From a virus: a stretch of DNA of 64,000 bases. Within the stretch, counting starts at the first letter, position 1; each line of letters starts with the position of its first letter. The notes beneath the pieces are model-generated. The model did not search any database, was not told the origin of the DNA, and saw only the letters and a list, made by a program, of their open reading frames with translations. Made by a program: the position numbers and the translations under genes. This document shows positions 19,456 to 29,473 of the stretch, piece after piece. The DNA is taken from positions 1 through 64,000 of the IMG/VR virus record IMGVR_UViG_3300046780_000427; one strand, given 5' to 3'.

Positions 19456-20349
19456 ATGGCCCTCACCGGCATGACCCTGACCGACCCGTCCTCCGGGCTG
19501 ACCGTGGTCATCTACCCGCGGGACGGGGTCTCCTCCGCGGGGATTGACGCGTCTGCGCCGGCGCGGGCGCAGGTGGAGCCGAGGGTGGGTGCCCGCGGCG
19601 GGGTTGATACGACTGCCTTCCTGGATGAGGGCGTGCTGTCCCTGTCGCTGCTGCTGTACCCGGGGCAGTTCACGGCGCAGACCCCGGAGGGGTTCCTTGA
19701 TGAGATCGCCCCGCTCCTGGACCCCAGGCTGCGGCCGGTGCTGACCGTCACCAACGATGCCTGGCCGGGGAAGCGGCAGGTGACCCTCCGGTTCGACTCC
19801 ATCGCCAAACCGTGGACGGACCCGACGCAGTGGCCGGTGCAGGTCAACTGGACCGTGCCGGGGGCGTGCTGGGAGGACGCCCTGGTGACCTCGGCGGTGA
19901 TCAACGCGTTCGCCACCGACCAGACCGGCACCGGCCTGGTCTTTGACGTGCCGGGCCTGGCGGTGACCTCCGCGGGGATCACGTTCCCGCCGACGAACAC
20001 CCCCGCCCCATCGCAGGTGATCAACCCGGGCACCGCGGCTGCGCAGTGGACTGGGCTGCTGTACGGGCCGTGCACCGGCCCGAAGCTGGCGAATGACATC
20101 GCCGGCCTGACCTTGGAGTTCACCGATGCGCTGCAACTGGGGCAGGGGTCCTACCTGGCGCTGGATTCCCAGGCGCAGTCGGCCCTGGTGAACGGCGACC
20201 CGCTCTCGGATGTGACCGGGCTGCTGAACTTCGGTTCCTCCTCCTGGTGGCAGATGAACCCGGGCCTCAACGTGATCCGGTACTACCCGACCGACGCGGA
20301 CGACGGGGCGGTTGCCAGCTTGTCGTTCCGCGGCGCCTACCCGCTCTAG
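19456..20349 (+). CDS. distal tail protein (Dit-like)
   Basis: Follows the tape measure gene; INPGT...GP..GP...WWQMNPGLNVIRY. Confidence 0.75.
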   Translation: MALTGMTLTDPSSGLTVVIYPRDGVSSAGIDASAPARAQVEPRVGARGGVDTTAFLDEGVLSLSLLLYPGQFTAQTPEGFLDEIAPLLDPRLRPVLTVTNDAWPGKRQVTLRFDSIAKPWTDPTQWPVQVNWTVPGACWEDALVTSAVINAFATDQTGTGLVFDVPGLAVTSAGITFPPTNTPAPSQVINPGTAAAQWTGLLYGPCTGPKLANDIAGLTLEFTDALQLGQGSYLALDSQAQSALVNGDPLSDVTGLLNFGSSSWWQMNPGLNVIRYYPTDADDGAVASLSFRGAYPL

Positions 20350-20361
20350 GAGGGCCTGGCC

Positions 20362-21327
20362 ATGACGCTGCATGTCCCGGTGTGGTTGCAGCCCGCGGGC
20401 GGCGACTCTGCCATCAACTACTCCGCGCAGGAGGCCCGGCAGTACAACCGGGCGCTGCTGACCAGCTCGACCGGCGTCGGGGGGCAGCAGGGTGTCCTGA
20501 CCTTCTCTAACCTCAACGTCGTCCAACGGGGCGCGGGGGCGAACCTGTCCGTTGATGTGCCGGCCGGGCTGGGGTTCGTTGTCGGGGATGACACCACCAA
20601 CCAGGGCACTTACCAGGTTTGGAACGACGCCACGGTCAACGTGCCGACGCCGAACCCGCCGGGGTCAGGCACCCAGGTTCACCGCCTGGTGTTGCAGGTG
20701 CAGGACAAGCTGAACAACGGTGTCTGGGCCGGCTACCAGGCCGCTTTCACGGTCCTGGCTGACACCGGCAGCGGCACCCCGGCGGAGCCGAACTCCGCGA
20801 TCACCCTCGCGCTGATCTCCATCAGCTCGGTGCAGTCGTCCGTGCAGAACGCGCAGATCACCGACTACCGGCAGCGCGTCGGGCCTATCGGGGTGCTCAA
20901 GTCGTCTGACACCTCGAATGCGGGCACGTCCCTGGCTGATGACCCGCACCTGCAGCTCCTCAACCTCCAGGCCAACACCAAGTACTCCTTCGATGCGCAG
21001 ATCATGTACTCCGGCGGCACCGGCGGCAACGAGTCTGACCTGACGTTCAAGTTCCGCACGGCCGGGATCTCCTACTCCCACCTCAACCGGCTGAACTACA
21101 ACCTGTCCGGGGCGCTGGTGTGGAACACGCAGGCGATCGGGGACACGATCACCAACTGCCAGACGATCGGCACCACTAACCCGGACTCGCCGTTGCTGAT
21201 CGGCGGGGATGTGGAGACCGGCAACGCGCCCTGCTGGGCGATCATGCAATTCGCCCAGACCAACTCCTCCGGGACGTTCACCTGGCTGCGCCAGGGGTCC
21301 CGGATCACGATGCGCCCGATGGGCTAA
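20362..21327 (+). CDS. minor tail protein
   Basis: NLSVDVPAG, RLVLQVQD, LALISI...ITDYR pattern. Confidence 0.7.
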   Translation: MTLHVPVWLQPAGGDSAINYSAQEARQYNRALLTSSTGVGGQQGVLTFSNLNVVQRGAGANLSVDVPAGLGFVVGDDTTNQGTYQVWNDATVNVPTPNPPGSGTQVHRLVLQVQDKLNNGVWAGYQAAFTVLADTGSGTPAEPNSAITLALISISSVQSSVQNAQITDYRQRVGPIGVLKSSDTSNAGTSLADDPHLQLLNLQANTKYSFDAQIMYSGGTGGNESDLTFKFRTAGISYSHLNRLNYNLSGALVWNTQAIGDTITNCQTIGTTNPDSPLLIGGDVETGNAPCWAIMQFAQTNSSGTFTWLRQGSRITMRPMG

Positions 21328-21338
21328 CAGGAGGACCT

Positions 21339-21806
21339 ATGGCTGAGCACCTGTATGAGGTGGCCGTCACCAAGACCACCGCCGGCGCGGCCGCGGGGCC
21401 GATCGCGACGATCGTCCCGGCGACACCGGGGGCGGGGATCCGGCTTCCGGAGATCCGGGAGATCTGGGTGATCAACAACGGCGGCGGGGTGGAGGAGATC
21501 GCCCTGGGCATCCCCGCCGCCGCTGGCACGGGCGCGGTCACCGGGAAGACCGTCCAGCCGTTGAACACCGCTGACCCGGCAGGGCACACCCAGCTCGCCA
21601 CGTCGTTTGCGACGACGCAGCCGACCGCGCCGGCGAACCCGTTCCGGCAGGAGATGATGCAGGCCGTCGCCGGGTACAAGGTGCCGTGGATCTGGGGGAT
21701 GGCCGCGTTCATCCCGGTGGTCGGGGCCACCGTGTCCCAGATTGTGATCTGGCAGCTCACCGCGGTCAACAACGCCTACGACATTTACATCCAGACCGCC
21801 GAATAG
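21339..21806 (+). CDS. putative minor tail protein
   Basis: RBS AGGAGG and synteny. Confidence 0.6.
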   Translation: MAEHLYEVAVTKTTAGAAAGPIATIVPATPGAGIRLPEIREIWVINNGGGVEEIALGIPAAAGTGAVTGKTVQPLNTADPAGHTQLATSFATTQPTAPANPFRQEMMQAVAGYKVPWIWGMAAFIPVVGATVSQIVIWQLTAVNNAYDIYIQTAE

Positions 21807-21823
21807 CCGTTTAGGGAGCCTGG

Positions 21824-24800
21824 GTGTCGTTCGCGCCGGTCCGCCTTGACGGAGGCGGCTGCGGCAACGTCATGGTCTTGTCCCCGGACAGGTCCAAGCT
21901 GCTTGTCGGTTCCGACACGCAGGGGTATTACCTGACGGCGACGGCGACCCTCGGGAACCACTACACGGTGCAGAACACCGGCATCGGGGTCAAGCCGTTC
22001 TGGCGGCAGTGCGCGGCCCTGTGGTGGTCCACCGTCGAGACGAATGTGATCTACTCCCTCACCGGGGAGAACGGCCTCGCCGGCCGCGGCGGCCTCCTGG
22101 CCGGGGTCTACTCACCGGCCACCGGAAACATCAAATGGGGGATCCGGTCGGCGGTGCCGCAAGGGTGCGGGAACCACCGCACGTCTACCCCGGCGGGGCT
22201 GCCGTCCAACGGGTGGCAGCGCTCGACCGGGCTGCTCCTGTTTCAGAACTCCCTCAACCTGTTCGCCGCGACCTACAACCAGGGGGTGCTGCGCAGCAGC
22301 AACACCGGGGGGACCGGGGTCGCGGGCACTGACGACTTCCCGGTTGCGGTGCAGATGGCCGGGGCAGCACCAGGGACGGGGAACTGGTTCGCCACGTCGA
22401 TCTGCGCGGACCTGACCAACGTCCCCGCCGGGACCACGTTCTATGCCTCGTTCTACGACGTGAACGGCAACCCGGCCGGCCTGTACAAGTGCACCAACGC
22501 GAACGCGGCCACCCCGAACCTCACCGCCGTCTCCATGACGAGCGGTCCCACCCAGGGCATCGAGGAGGTCTTCCAGCTAGGCGACTACCTGTACTGCGCC
22601 GCCGGGAACCAGGGCATCTACAGGTACGGGCCCCTGTCCGGCAGTCCGGCCTGGTCGGCTATCAACGGGGCCTCCGTGCCGACCACGGCAACAAACTGGT
22701 GGTGCACGGTCGCCGGGTACATCGACGGGTCCGGCAACCACGTGTTGCTCGTCGGGGACTCCAACCCGACCGCCGGGGTGCTCGGCAAAACCCTCATGTC
22801 CCTGTCCGGTGCACCAGGCGCGGGCACCGGCTCCATCACCTACACCAGCCTTACCGGGGCGGTGCAAATCGCGAACGTCCCCTCGGGGCCGTCGAGTTCT
22901 TACCCGTGGTGGATCCCGGTGTCCGGGCTGCATGTGTTCCTGGGCGGGGTCGGGTACATCTGCCCGTTTGTAGTGGTGGACGGCACCACCCCCGCGTCCC
23001 CGAATGCGTACTGCGCCGGGTCCGGCGGGTCGTACAGGTCGATTGGGAACCTGACCTCCTGGACGGTGGCCGACTCCGGGATGCCCATGTTCCTGGGCCA
23101 CCCGGTCGCGGTGTCTCCGACGCACGCGGATGAGATCGAGTTCGGCGATTCGGACTGGGGGCTGTTCTTCGACCAGGCCGCCAACGGCGGCGAGGACGCC
23201 ACAACCCTGATCCAGGAGGCCCCGCAGCCTTCGACGCAGGGGTTCTCTGTTGCGTTCTCTGAGGACGGCGGCACTGTTTACGCGGGCAACGGTGCTAAGT
23301 ACACCAACGCCTCAGGGAAGGTGTGGTCTAGGCCGCGGGGCTCCCCGAACGGGTGGGTCTCGATGGCCCTGGAATCCCACACCTCCAACAAGGTCGCCAT
23401 CGGCCTGGCCGCGTTCAACGACACCGGCGGCAACCAGATCGTCTGCGCCTCGGTGTGGGGGTCAGGGCTGTGGCGGTGGAACGGCACGGCCTGGTCCAAC
23501 CGGAACGCTTCCATCGGCGCCTCGGGTGCGACCGGCACGGCGATGCACGTCGTCTACTCCGGCGCCGGCCTGGTGTGGGCGTATGACCGGGGCAACGGGA
23601 TCTGGCGGTCCACCGACTACGGGCTGACGTGGACCAACGTGTGGTCCAAGGTTTCCACTGACAGCCTGTCCGGGACCACTGCCTACAACAGGTCCCTGGG
23701 CGGCACCGGCCGCCTGTGGGTGTCCACCGGCGGGCACCTGTACAAGCTCGGCGGCGCGGACTCCGGGACGGTGGCAGGCGGGTCGGTCACCGGCTCCGGC
23801 GCGTCCGTGTTCTGCCCCGGGTCCGGGGTGCCTGGCCCGGTGGCCTACGACCATGCCGGGGGGATCATCCTCGCCACGCAGGACCAGGGCAACGGGTCCG
23901 GGTTGTGGCGGTCGGTGGATGACGGGGTGACGTGGCAGGACATCACCGGCGGCGACGGGTCGTTCGCGAGGGCGAACGCCAACCCCGAATACATGACTGT
24001 CTCGCCGGTCAACGGGCGCGTCTACGTGTCCGGGTCCAACGTGGTTGTCCAGGGCCTCCCCGGCGGTGGTGGCGGGCCGCCGCCGGGGACCTCGCTGCCG
24101 TTCACGTTCGTGCAGACCTCCGCGAACAACGCGGCCGCGTCGGGGGTGCTGGCCCTGTGGTTCGGGGAGACCTCCGGCGGGCCGGGCCCGGGCGGCCTCG
24201 GGCTGCCCTCCCAGGTCGGGTCCCTGCTCGTAGCCAGGTTGCAGAACAACGACGGCACGGCGACGATCACCGCGCCGCCTGGGTGGGTGCTGGTCGCGGA
24301 CCACCCGGCGCAGGCCACCACCGGCACCGCCCGCGCGCTGACGTATGCCTACCTCAATAACCCTGGCGGGCTCGGTTCGGCGGTGACCGCGCCGACCATC
24401 CTCCCGGCCGGGCTGCGCCGGAACCCGCCAGGCAGCGCCGCTGGAGCGTACGCCGCGGCGCTGGCAGTCACAGGCGGGCCGTCCGGTCTCGGGCGCCCGG
24501 CCGCCCCGGTGCCCGCGGGGGGCCCGCTTGTGATCCTGCATGGTGCGAACTCCCAGCCCGGGTCGGGCACCCCGGCGCCGGTGACGGGGGCGGTGGTGTT
24601 CACCAGCTCCAACACTGCCGCGCCGTTCAAGGGCCGCCTGGTGGAGTACTCGACCCCGGCGGGGTCGGTGCAGGCCGTGGACGCCGTGGGTGTTGCGGGG
24701 GCGCAGGCTGCGGCCACGTCGCTGCCGGTCACCGCGTCGGCGGCGAACACGTTCACCGGCGGCCTGGCCGTGGCCAACTTCGCCTCCGGGTGGTCGGTCA

Positions 24801-26956
24801 ACCAGGCCAGCGGCTCCTGGTCCACCCCAGGCGGGTGGACCGCTGAGGGCAGCGTCAACAACACGTCGGTGAACTTCGGCCTGTTCGACCAGACCGGCAT
24901 CGGCGCCGGCCCGGCCACGGTCACTACCACCGAGGCGGCAGGCACCGGAGGGACGGAGAACGGGTGGGCGGCGGTCCTGGCCACGTTCTACGCGACCCCC
25001 GGCACCCCGGTCCAGATCCAGACCACCACCCTGCCCGGTGGCAGCACCGGGGTTCCCTATAACCAGACCATTGCCGGGATCAACGGGGTGCTGCCCTACT
25101 CGTGGGCGGTGACCTCCGGGACCCTCCCCACGAGCGTGTCTTTCTCCAGCGCGGGGGTGCTGTCCGGGACACCCACGGTGGCGGGGTCCTACTCCTTCGG
25201 CGTGACGGTGACCGACTTCGCCGGGCAGACCGCGACCGCGACATTCACCATCGTGATCGCCGCTGCCGTGGTCATCACCACCACCAGCCCGCTGCCAGGC
25301 GGCACAACCGGAGTGGCCTACTCAGTGCAGTTCCTCCGCACCGGGGGAACCGGGCCGTTCACCTGGGCGGTCGTCGCCGGCACGCTGCCACCGGGGCTGG
25401 CGCTCGGCACCGCCCACGGGTTCCTGAACGGCACACCCGTCCTGGCCGGGACCTACACGTTCACCGTCCAGGTCACCGACGCCAACGGGCTCACCGCGAC
25501 CCTGGCCTGCTCGCTGACCATCGTCTCCGGTGTTCTGACGATCGCCACGCAGGTCCTCTCCTTCGCAGCGCTCGGCCAGCCCTACACCGCGGTCCTCCAG
25601 GCGATCCTGGGGACGCCGCCTTACACCTGGTCGCTGCTCACCGGCTCCCTGCCACCGGGCCTGGCCCTGGACACTGCCGGGAACCTGACCGGCACCGCGA
25701 ACACCCGAGGGTCCTACACATTCACCGTCAAAGTCACTGATGCGGTTGCGGCGACGGCGACCGCGTCGTTCACGATCACGGTCTACCTGCTGATCCCGGC
25801 GCCGGTGATCCCCGGGCCGTGGCGGATCATGTTCGGCCCCGCCCAGCCGGCCACCGGGATTAACGGGATCATCGGCCAGGCGCAAACCCGGAACGTCACC
25901 CTCCGCACCGAACCTGATCAGGCCGACCAGGTGGACATCGACATTGACGGCAGGTCCGCGCCGGCGCTGGGGATCACCGAGCTGCAAACCGACTTCATGG
26001 TGCTATTCGGTGACCGGCCGGTGTTCATCGGCCGGGTCGGGGCCACCTCCGACACCCTGGACTCGGGGGCGCACCGGGCCACGTTCACCGCCCTGGACTA
26101 CAGGTCGGTGCTGCGCCGCCGGGCGATCCTCCCAGCCGGCGCCGGCAGTCCCGGGTCGCAGTTGTCGTGGACCAGCATCGAGCAGGCCACGATCGTGTGG
26201 AACATGCTCCAGGACGTGCAGGCGAAAGTCGCCGGGGACCTCGGCATCGCCCGGGGCATCGGGCAGTCCACCGGCACCGTGCGGACCTATACCGCGACGT
26301 ATGGTGACATGGCCGGTGATGACATCACGACCCTGGCGCAGATGGTCAACGGTTTCGAGTGGGCGGTCAACCCGCGGAACGCGCAGTTCACCGACCTGCG
26401 GCTGGACCTGTTCTCCCCGGTCCAGGGCTCCGATAACGGGGTGGTGCTGCGGTACGGCGACGGGCTGGTCGCCAACATCAGCCGGGTGGTGGACCCGTCC
26501 ACCTACGGCAACGCGGGATATTTCACCGGGAACTCCTCTAAATCCCTCAACGCGGTGCAGCTGGCCTCGGGGCTGGTGCTGCCGCCGAACGGGCCGGGCC
26601 GGTGGGATGTGGTGGTCGGCACCCAGGACAACACCCAGTCGTCCCTCAACGACGATGCGGCCGGGCAGTTCGGCCAGGCGCAGGTCGTCACCCCGGCCTA
26701 CACGATCGTCCTGTACCCGGGGGCGTGGGGTGCCGCGGGCGGGCCGGACTGGCTGTGGAAGGGCGACTTTGTCACGGTGCAGATTGATGACGGCCGCCTG
26801 GAGGTCAACGACCGGCTGCGGGTGGTTGAGATGTCGTTCGACATCGGCAACGACAATGTGGAGACCCTGACCCTGACCGTGGGGCTGATCCCGTTCCGGG
26901 TTGACAAGAAGATCCCGGTGATCTTCCGCCGGCTCCGGTACCTGGAAACTAGGTAG
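21824..26956 (+). CDS. large minor tail protein: beta-propeller (Asp-box) + Ig-like repeats + C-terminal hub-like domain
   Basis: WRSTDYG and WRSVDDG Asp-boxes; three repeats of PY(S/T)W...G.LP.GL...G.L.GTP...G.Y.F.V.VTD; C-terminal GRVG...DYRSVLRRR...GDFVTVQID. Confidence 0.8.
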   Translation: MSFAPVRLDGGGCGNVMVLSPDRSKLLVGSDTQGYYLTATATLGNHYTVQNTGIGVKPFWRQCAALWWSTVETNVIYSLTGENGLAGRGGLLAGVYSPATGNIKWGIRSAVPQGCGNHRTSTPAGLPSNGWQRSTGLLLFQNSLNLFAATYNQGVLRSSNTGGTGVAGTDDFPVAVQMAGAAPGTGNWFATSICADLTNVPAGTTFYASFYDVNGNPAGLYKCTNANAATPNLTAVSMTSGPTQGIEEVFQLGDYLYCAAGNQGIYRYGPLSGSPAWSAINGASVPTTATNWWCTVAGYIDGSGNHVLLVGDSNPTAGVLGKTLMSLSGAPGAGTGSITYTSLTGAVQIANVPSGPSSSYPWWIPVSGLHVFLGGVGYICPFVVVDGTTPASPNAYCAGSGGSYRSIGNLTSWTVADSGMPMFLGHPVAVSPTHADEIEFGDSDWGLFFDQAANGGEDATTLIQEAPQPSTQGFSVAFSEDGGTVYAGNGAKYTNASGKVWSRPRGSPNGWVSMALESHTSNKVAIGLAAFNDTGGNQIVCASVWGSGLWRWNGTAWSNRNASIGASGATGTAMHVVYSGAGLVWAYDRGNGIWRSTDYGLTWTNVWSKVSTDSLSGTTAYNRSLGGTGRLWVSTGGHLYKLGGADSGTVAGGSVTGSGASVFCPGSGVPGPVAYDHAGGIILATQDQGNGSGLWRSVDDGVTWQDITGGDGSFARANANPEYMTVSPVNGRVYVSGSNVVVQGLPGGGGGPPPGTSLPFTFVQTSANNAAASGVLALWFGETSGGPGPGGLGLPSQVGSLLVARLQNNDGTATITAPPGWVLVADHPAQATTGTARALTYAYLNNPGGLGSAVTAPTILPAGLRRNPPGSAAGAYAAALAVTGGPSGLGRPAAPVPAGGPLVILHGANSQPGSGTPAPVTGAVVFTSSNTAAPFKGRLVEYSTPAGSVQAVDAVGVAGAQAAATSLPVTASAANTFTGGLAVANFASGWSVNQASGSWSTPGGWTAEGSVNNTSVNFGLFDQTGIGAGPATVTTTEAAGTGGTENGWAAVLATFYATPGTPVQIQTTTLPGGSTGVPYNQTIAGINGVLPYSWAVTSGTLPTSVSFSSAGVLSGTPTVAGSYSFGVTVTDFAGQTATATFTIVIAAAVVITTTSPLPGGTTGVAYSVQFLRTGGTGPFTWAVVAGTLPPGLALGTAHGFLNGTPVLAGTYTFTVQVTDANGLTATLACSLTIVSGVLTIATQVLSFAALGQPYTAVLQAILGTPPYTWSLLTGSLPPGLALDTAGNLTGTANTRGSYTFTVKVTDAVAATATASFTITVYLLIPAPVIPGPWRIMFGPAQPATGINGIIGQAQTRNVTLRTEPDQADQVDIDIDGRSAPALGITELQTDFMVLFGDRPVFIGRVGATSDTLDSGAHRATFTALDYRSVLRRRAILPAGAGSPGSQLSWTSIEQATIVWNMLQDVQAKVAGDLGIARGIGQSTGTVRTYTATYGDMAGDDITTLAQMVNGFEWAVNPRNAQFTDLRLDLFSPVQGSDNGVVLRYGDGLVANISRVVDPSTYGNAGYFTGNSSKSLNAVQLASGLVLPPNGPGRWDVVVGTQDNTQSSLNDDAAGQFGQAQVVTPAYTIVLYPGAWGAAGGPDWLWKGDFVTVQIDDGRLEVNDRLRVVEMSFDIGNDNVETLTLTVGLIPFRVDKKIPVIFRRLRYLETR

Positions 26957-26980
26957 GGCCTAGGTTCTAGAGAGGACGGA

Positions 26981-27337
26981 TTGATGACCATCCCGCCTGA
27001 CCCGTCGCAGGTGCCGCTGTCAGCGGCGACCGGGATCATGCTCGGTGACCTGGTGTGGCACCCGCTGTCCAACAGTCTCGGCGCGGTGATCGACCCGGCG
27101 TTCATCGACCCGTTGCAAACCAGCCAGGACGGGTCCCCGATGCTGATCACCCCGGGGGAGTCCTGGGTGCAGTTCGTGGACACCTCGACGGGGCAGGCGT
27201 TCGCCGCGCCGTTCCGGTCGATTGTGGCGGTCGAGCTGGGCGCGCCAGTGGCGCTGTTGTCGATGCCCGCTTTGGTGTCTCATGCGATCCAGGCGAACCC
27301 GCGGAAACTCGGCCGGGTGTTCCGCGACACGACCTGA
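26981..27337 (+). CDS. hypothetical protein
   Basis: ORF with RBS. Confidence 0.55.
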   Translation: MMTIPPDPSQVPLSAATGIMLGDLVWHPLSNSLGAVIDPAFIDPLQTSQDGSPMLITPGESWVQFVDTSTGQAFAAPFRSIVAVELGAPVALLSMPALVSHAIQANPRKLGRVFRDTT

Positions 27338-27343
27338 CCTGGG

Positions 27344-27361
27344 ACTACAAATATTTGTAGT
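27344..27361. promoter_or_regulatory. perfect 18-bp AT-rich palindrome upstream of lysin
   Basis: actacaaatatttgtagt. Confidence 0.6.
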
Positions 27362-27383
27362 TCTTGTGTGGCAGGGTGAGCGC

Positions 27384-28337
27384 ATGACCGTGCAGACCCT
27401 CCGCTCCCCGCTCCCTGTCCGCCCCGGCCTCGTAGGCACTGCCACCGAGCAGGCCCTGCTTGCCTCCTGGGCCGTCCACCACCAGCCGCACTGGTACGGC
27501 GGCCGCCGCGGCGTCCCGGGCGTGGACTACGCCTGGACGAAGCCCAGCATCAGCTCCCTGGAGGGCGCGGGGGACGTGTTCGTGGCGCAGTACTTCTCCC
27601 CCGATGAGACCAAGGACCTGACCCCCGCGAGGGCGGCACAGTTGCAGGCCGCCGGGATCAACATCGTGGTGATCTACGAGTACGGTGCCACCGACGCCAA
27701 GCGGGGGAAGGCAGGCGGGCAGCAGGACGCTTCTAACGCGGAGGTCCAGGCGAGGGCCTGCGGGGTGGACGGGTGCGTGTTCTACTGGGCGGTTGACTAC
27801 GACGCCCCGCCCGGTGACCAGGCCGCGATCGACGCCTACTCAGACGGGTGGGCCTCGGTGGTCGGGGATGACCGGGGCCGCAACCCCTACGGCGGGTTCT
27901 GGCCGCTGTCCCGGCTGAAGGCAGCGGGGAAGGCTCGCCGCCTGTGGGGGACCCCGGCGTGGTCGGGGTCTGAGTGGGCGACCGCGGGGCTGGTGCCGGA
28001 CATCATGCAAGGCGGCATCGTCACCGTAGGCGGGGTGCAGTGCGACCTGGACGCGGCCCTGTCGGTGGATTACGGGCAGTGGCCGCGGCCGCCCGCGTCG
28101 GACACCCGGGCCTGGCAGTGGCACACCTGCACGGGGACGGAGTCGTTCGCGGCGGTGGCCCGGAACCTCCCCGCCCCGGGGATGTCCGTGGCGCACATTC
28201 TCCGGGCGACCTGCACGAAGAACTCCGGTCACTGGGACGGCGGGACGTTCGACGGGCTCAACTACGACCTGGGCGACCCGCCGGAGAACCCGCATCATCC
28301 CCTCGAGGCGGGGACGCGGCTGTGGGTGCTGGCATGA
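27384..28337 (+). CDS. endolysin, DUF1906/GH25-like glycoside hydrolase
   Basis: GVDY, FVAQY, KDLT, VVIYE, FYWAVDYD, YGG, QCDLD. Confidence 0.8.
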   Translation: MTVQTLRSPLPVRPGLVGTATEQALLASWAVHHQPHWYGGRRGVPGVDYAWTKPSISSLEGAGDVFVAQYFSPDETKDLTPARAAQLQAAGINIVVIYEYGATDAKRGKAGGQQDASNAEVQARACGVDGCVFYWAVDYDAPPGDQAAIDAYSDGWASVVGDDRGRNPYGGFWPLSRLKAAGKARRLWGTPAWSGSEWATAGLVPDIMQGGIVTVGGVQCDLDAALSVDYGQWPRPPASDTRAWQWHTCTGTESFAAVARNLPAPGMSVAHILRATCTKNSGHWDGGTFDGLNYDLGDPPENPHHPLEAGTRLWVLA

Positions 28338-28921
28338 CTGCGCCGTTCACGGTGAACGTGGCCGCTTTGACCCCGGCGCCGGGTGACTACGGGGTGTCTC
28401 ACGGGTCCGGGGCGGTGGGGCTGATGATCCGCACCGCGACCCAGTCCTGGGCGGGGCACGCGTTCGTCTACATCGGTAACGGGCTGATCATCGAGGCCGC
28501 CCCGCCGGCCACGCGGATCTCCCCGGTGGCGTCGCACCCGGATGCGGTGTGGAACGCAGAGGAGCCCAAGACCAGCGAGCAGCGGCAGGTGATCATCGCG
28601 AGGGCTCATGCGACGATCGGCACCGCCTACGACTACCCGGCCTATGTGGCGTTCGCGATGATGTGCCTGCACCTGCGCACCGAGGCCCAGCTGGATCCGC
28701 TGTTCCTGCACGATGACTGGCGGGTCTGCTCCGCGGACGTGGCCGACGACTACGCTCATGCGGGGATCGACGTGCGGGCGGGGATGGGCGGGCACCCGCT
28801 GGTCCAGGCCGCGAAGGCGGCGGTGGCCGCAGGCAGGGCACCGGCGTCCCTGGTGCCGAACCTGATCGCCCCCGCCCTATTGTATGACCGGATCGCGCAA
28901 CGGCCCTGGGAGCACAAGTGA
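28334..28921 (+). CDS. permuted papain-like amidase (NlpC/P60 superfamily)
   Basis: HAFVYIGNGLIIEA, GTAYDY, VCSADVADDY, IAP. Confidence 0.75.
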   Translation: MTAPFTVNVAALTPAPGDYGVSHGSGAVGLMIRTATQSWAGHAFVYIGNGLIIEAAPPATRISPVASHPDAVWNAEEPKTSEQRQVIIARAHATIGTAYDYPAYVAFAMMCLHLRTEAQLDPLFLHDDWRVCSADVADDYAHAGIDVRAGMGGHPLVQAAKAAVAAGRAPASLVPNLIAPALLYDRIAQRPWEHK

Positions 28922-29301
28922 CCGGGACGGCCGCACGGGTCCTGTGGGCGGCCCTGGCGATCGGCGGGGCATGGTTCGCCTGGTCGCTGTTCCTGACCTG
29001 GGTCCGGGGCCTCGGTGACCCGTGGGCTGGTGGCCCGTGGGTGCAGGTGAAGACCCTGGCTTCCGGGGCGACGGAGCGGTGCGTGTCCTGCGGCCCTGGC
29101 GGGTTCACCCAGCGGGGGATCCTGGACTGGACACGGGTGCCCGGGTTGCGCGCGTTGCGCGGCCAGGCCCTCCTGGACGCGCACGATGACACACTGGCCG
29201 GACTACAACAGGAGCGGCAAGCATGGGCAGATTTGCGCCGTGGATCGCAGCGCACCGGAAAGCCATCGCAGGGGCGGTCGGGTTCGCTGGCGCGGTCCTG
29301 A
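28918..29301 (+). CDS. possible membrane protein
   Basis: N-terminal TM segment; overlaps the next gene by about 80 nt. Confidence 0.35.
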   Translation: MTGTAARVLWAALAIGGAWFAWSLFLTWVRGLGDPWAGGPWVQVKTLASGATERCVSCGPGGFTQRGILDWTRVPGLRALRGQALLDAHDDTLAGLQQERQAWADLRRGSQRTGKPSQGRSGSLARS

Positions 29302-29459
29302 CTTTCCTGGCCGCGCAGCAGACCCTCGGGGACGTGGCGAAGTACGCGGGGATCGTCCTGGCTGTGCTCGGCGCGGCCGGGGTGTACCGGGTGCCGAATG
29401 CGCACCCGGTTGTTACCGCCGTGCCGGTGGCGCCTGTGCCACCGCAGCCTCACCCGTAG
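29223..29459 (+). CDS. putative holin
   Basis: Two TM segments, RKAIAG...GVYRVPN. Confidence 0.65.
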   Translation: MGRFAPWIAAHRKAIAGAVGFAGAVLTFLAAQQTLGDVAKYAGIVLAVLGAAGVYRVPNAHPVVTAVPVAPVPPQPHP

Positions 29460-29473
29460 GCGATCATTAGGGC

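Noticed and set aside
20362-26956. Diversity-generating retroelement targeting tail genes
   Set aside because: No reverse transcriptase and no TR/VR repeat pair noticed
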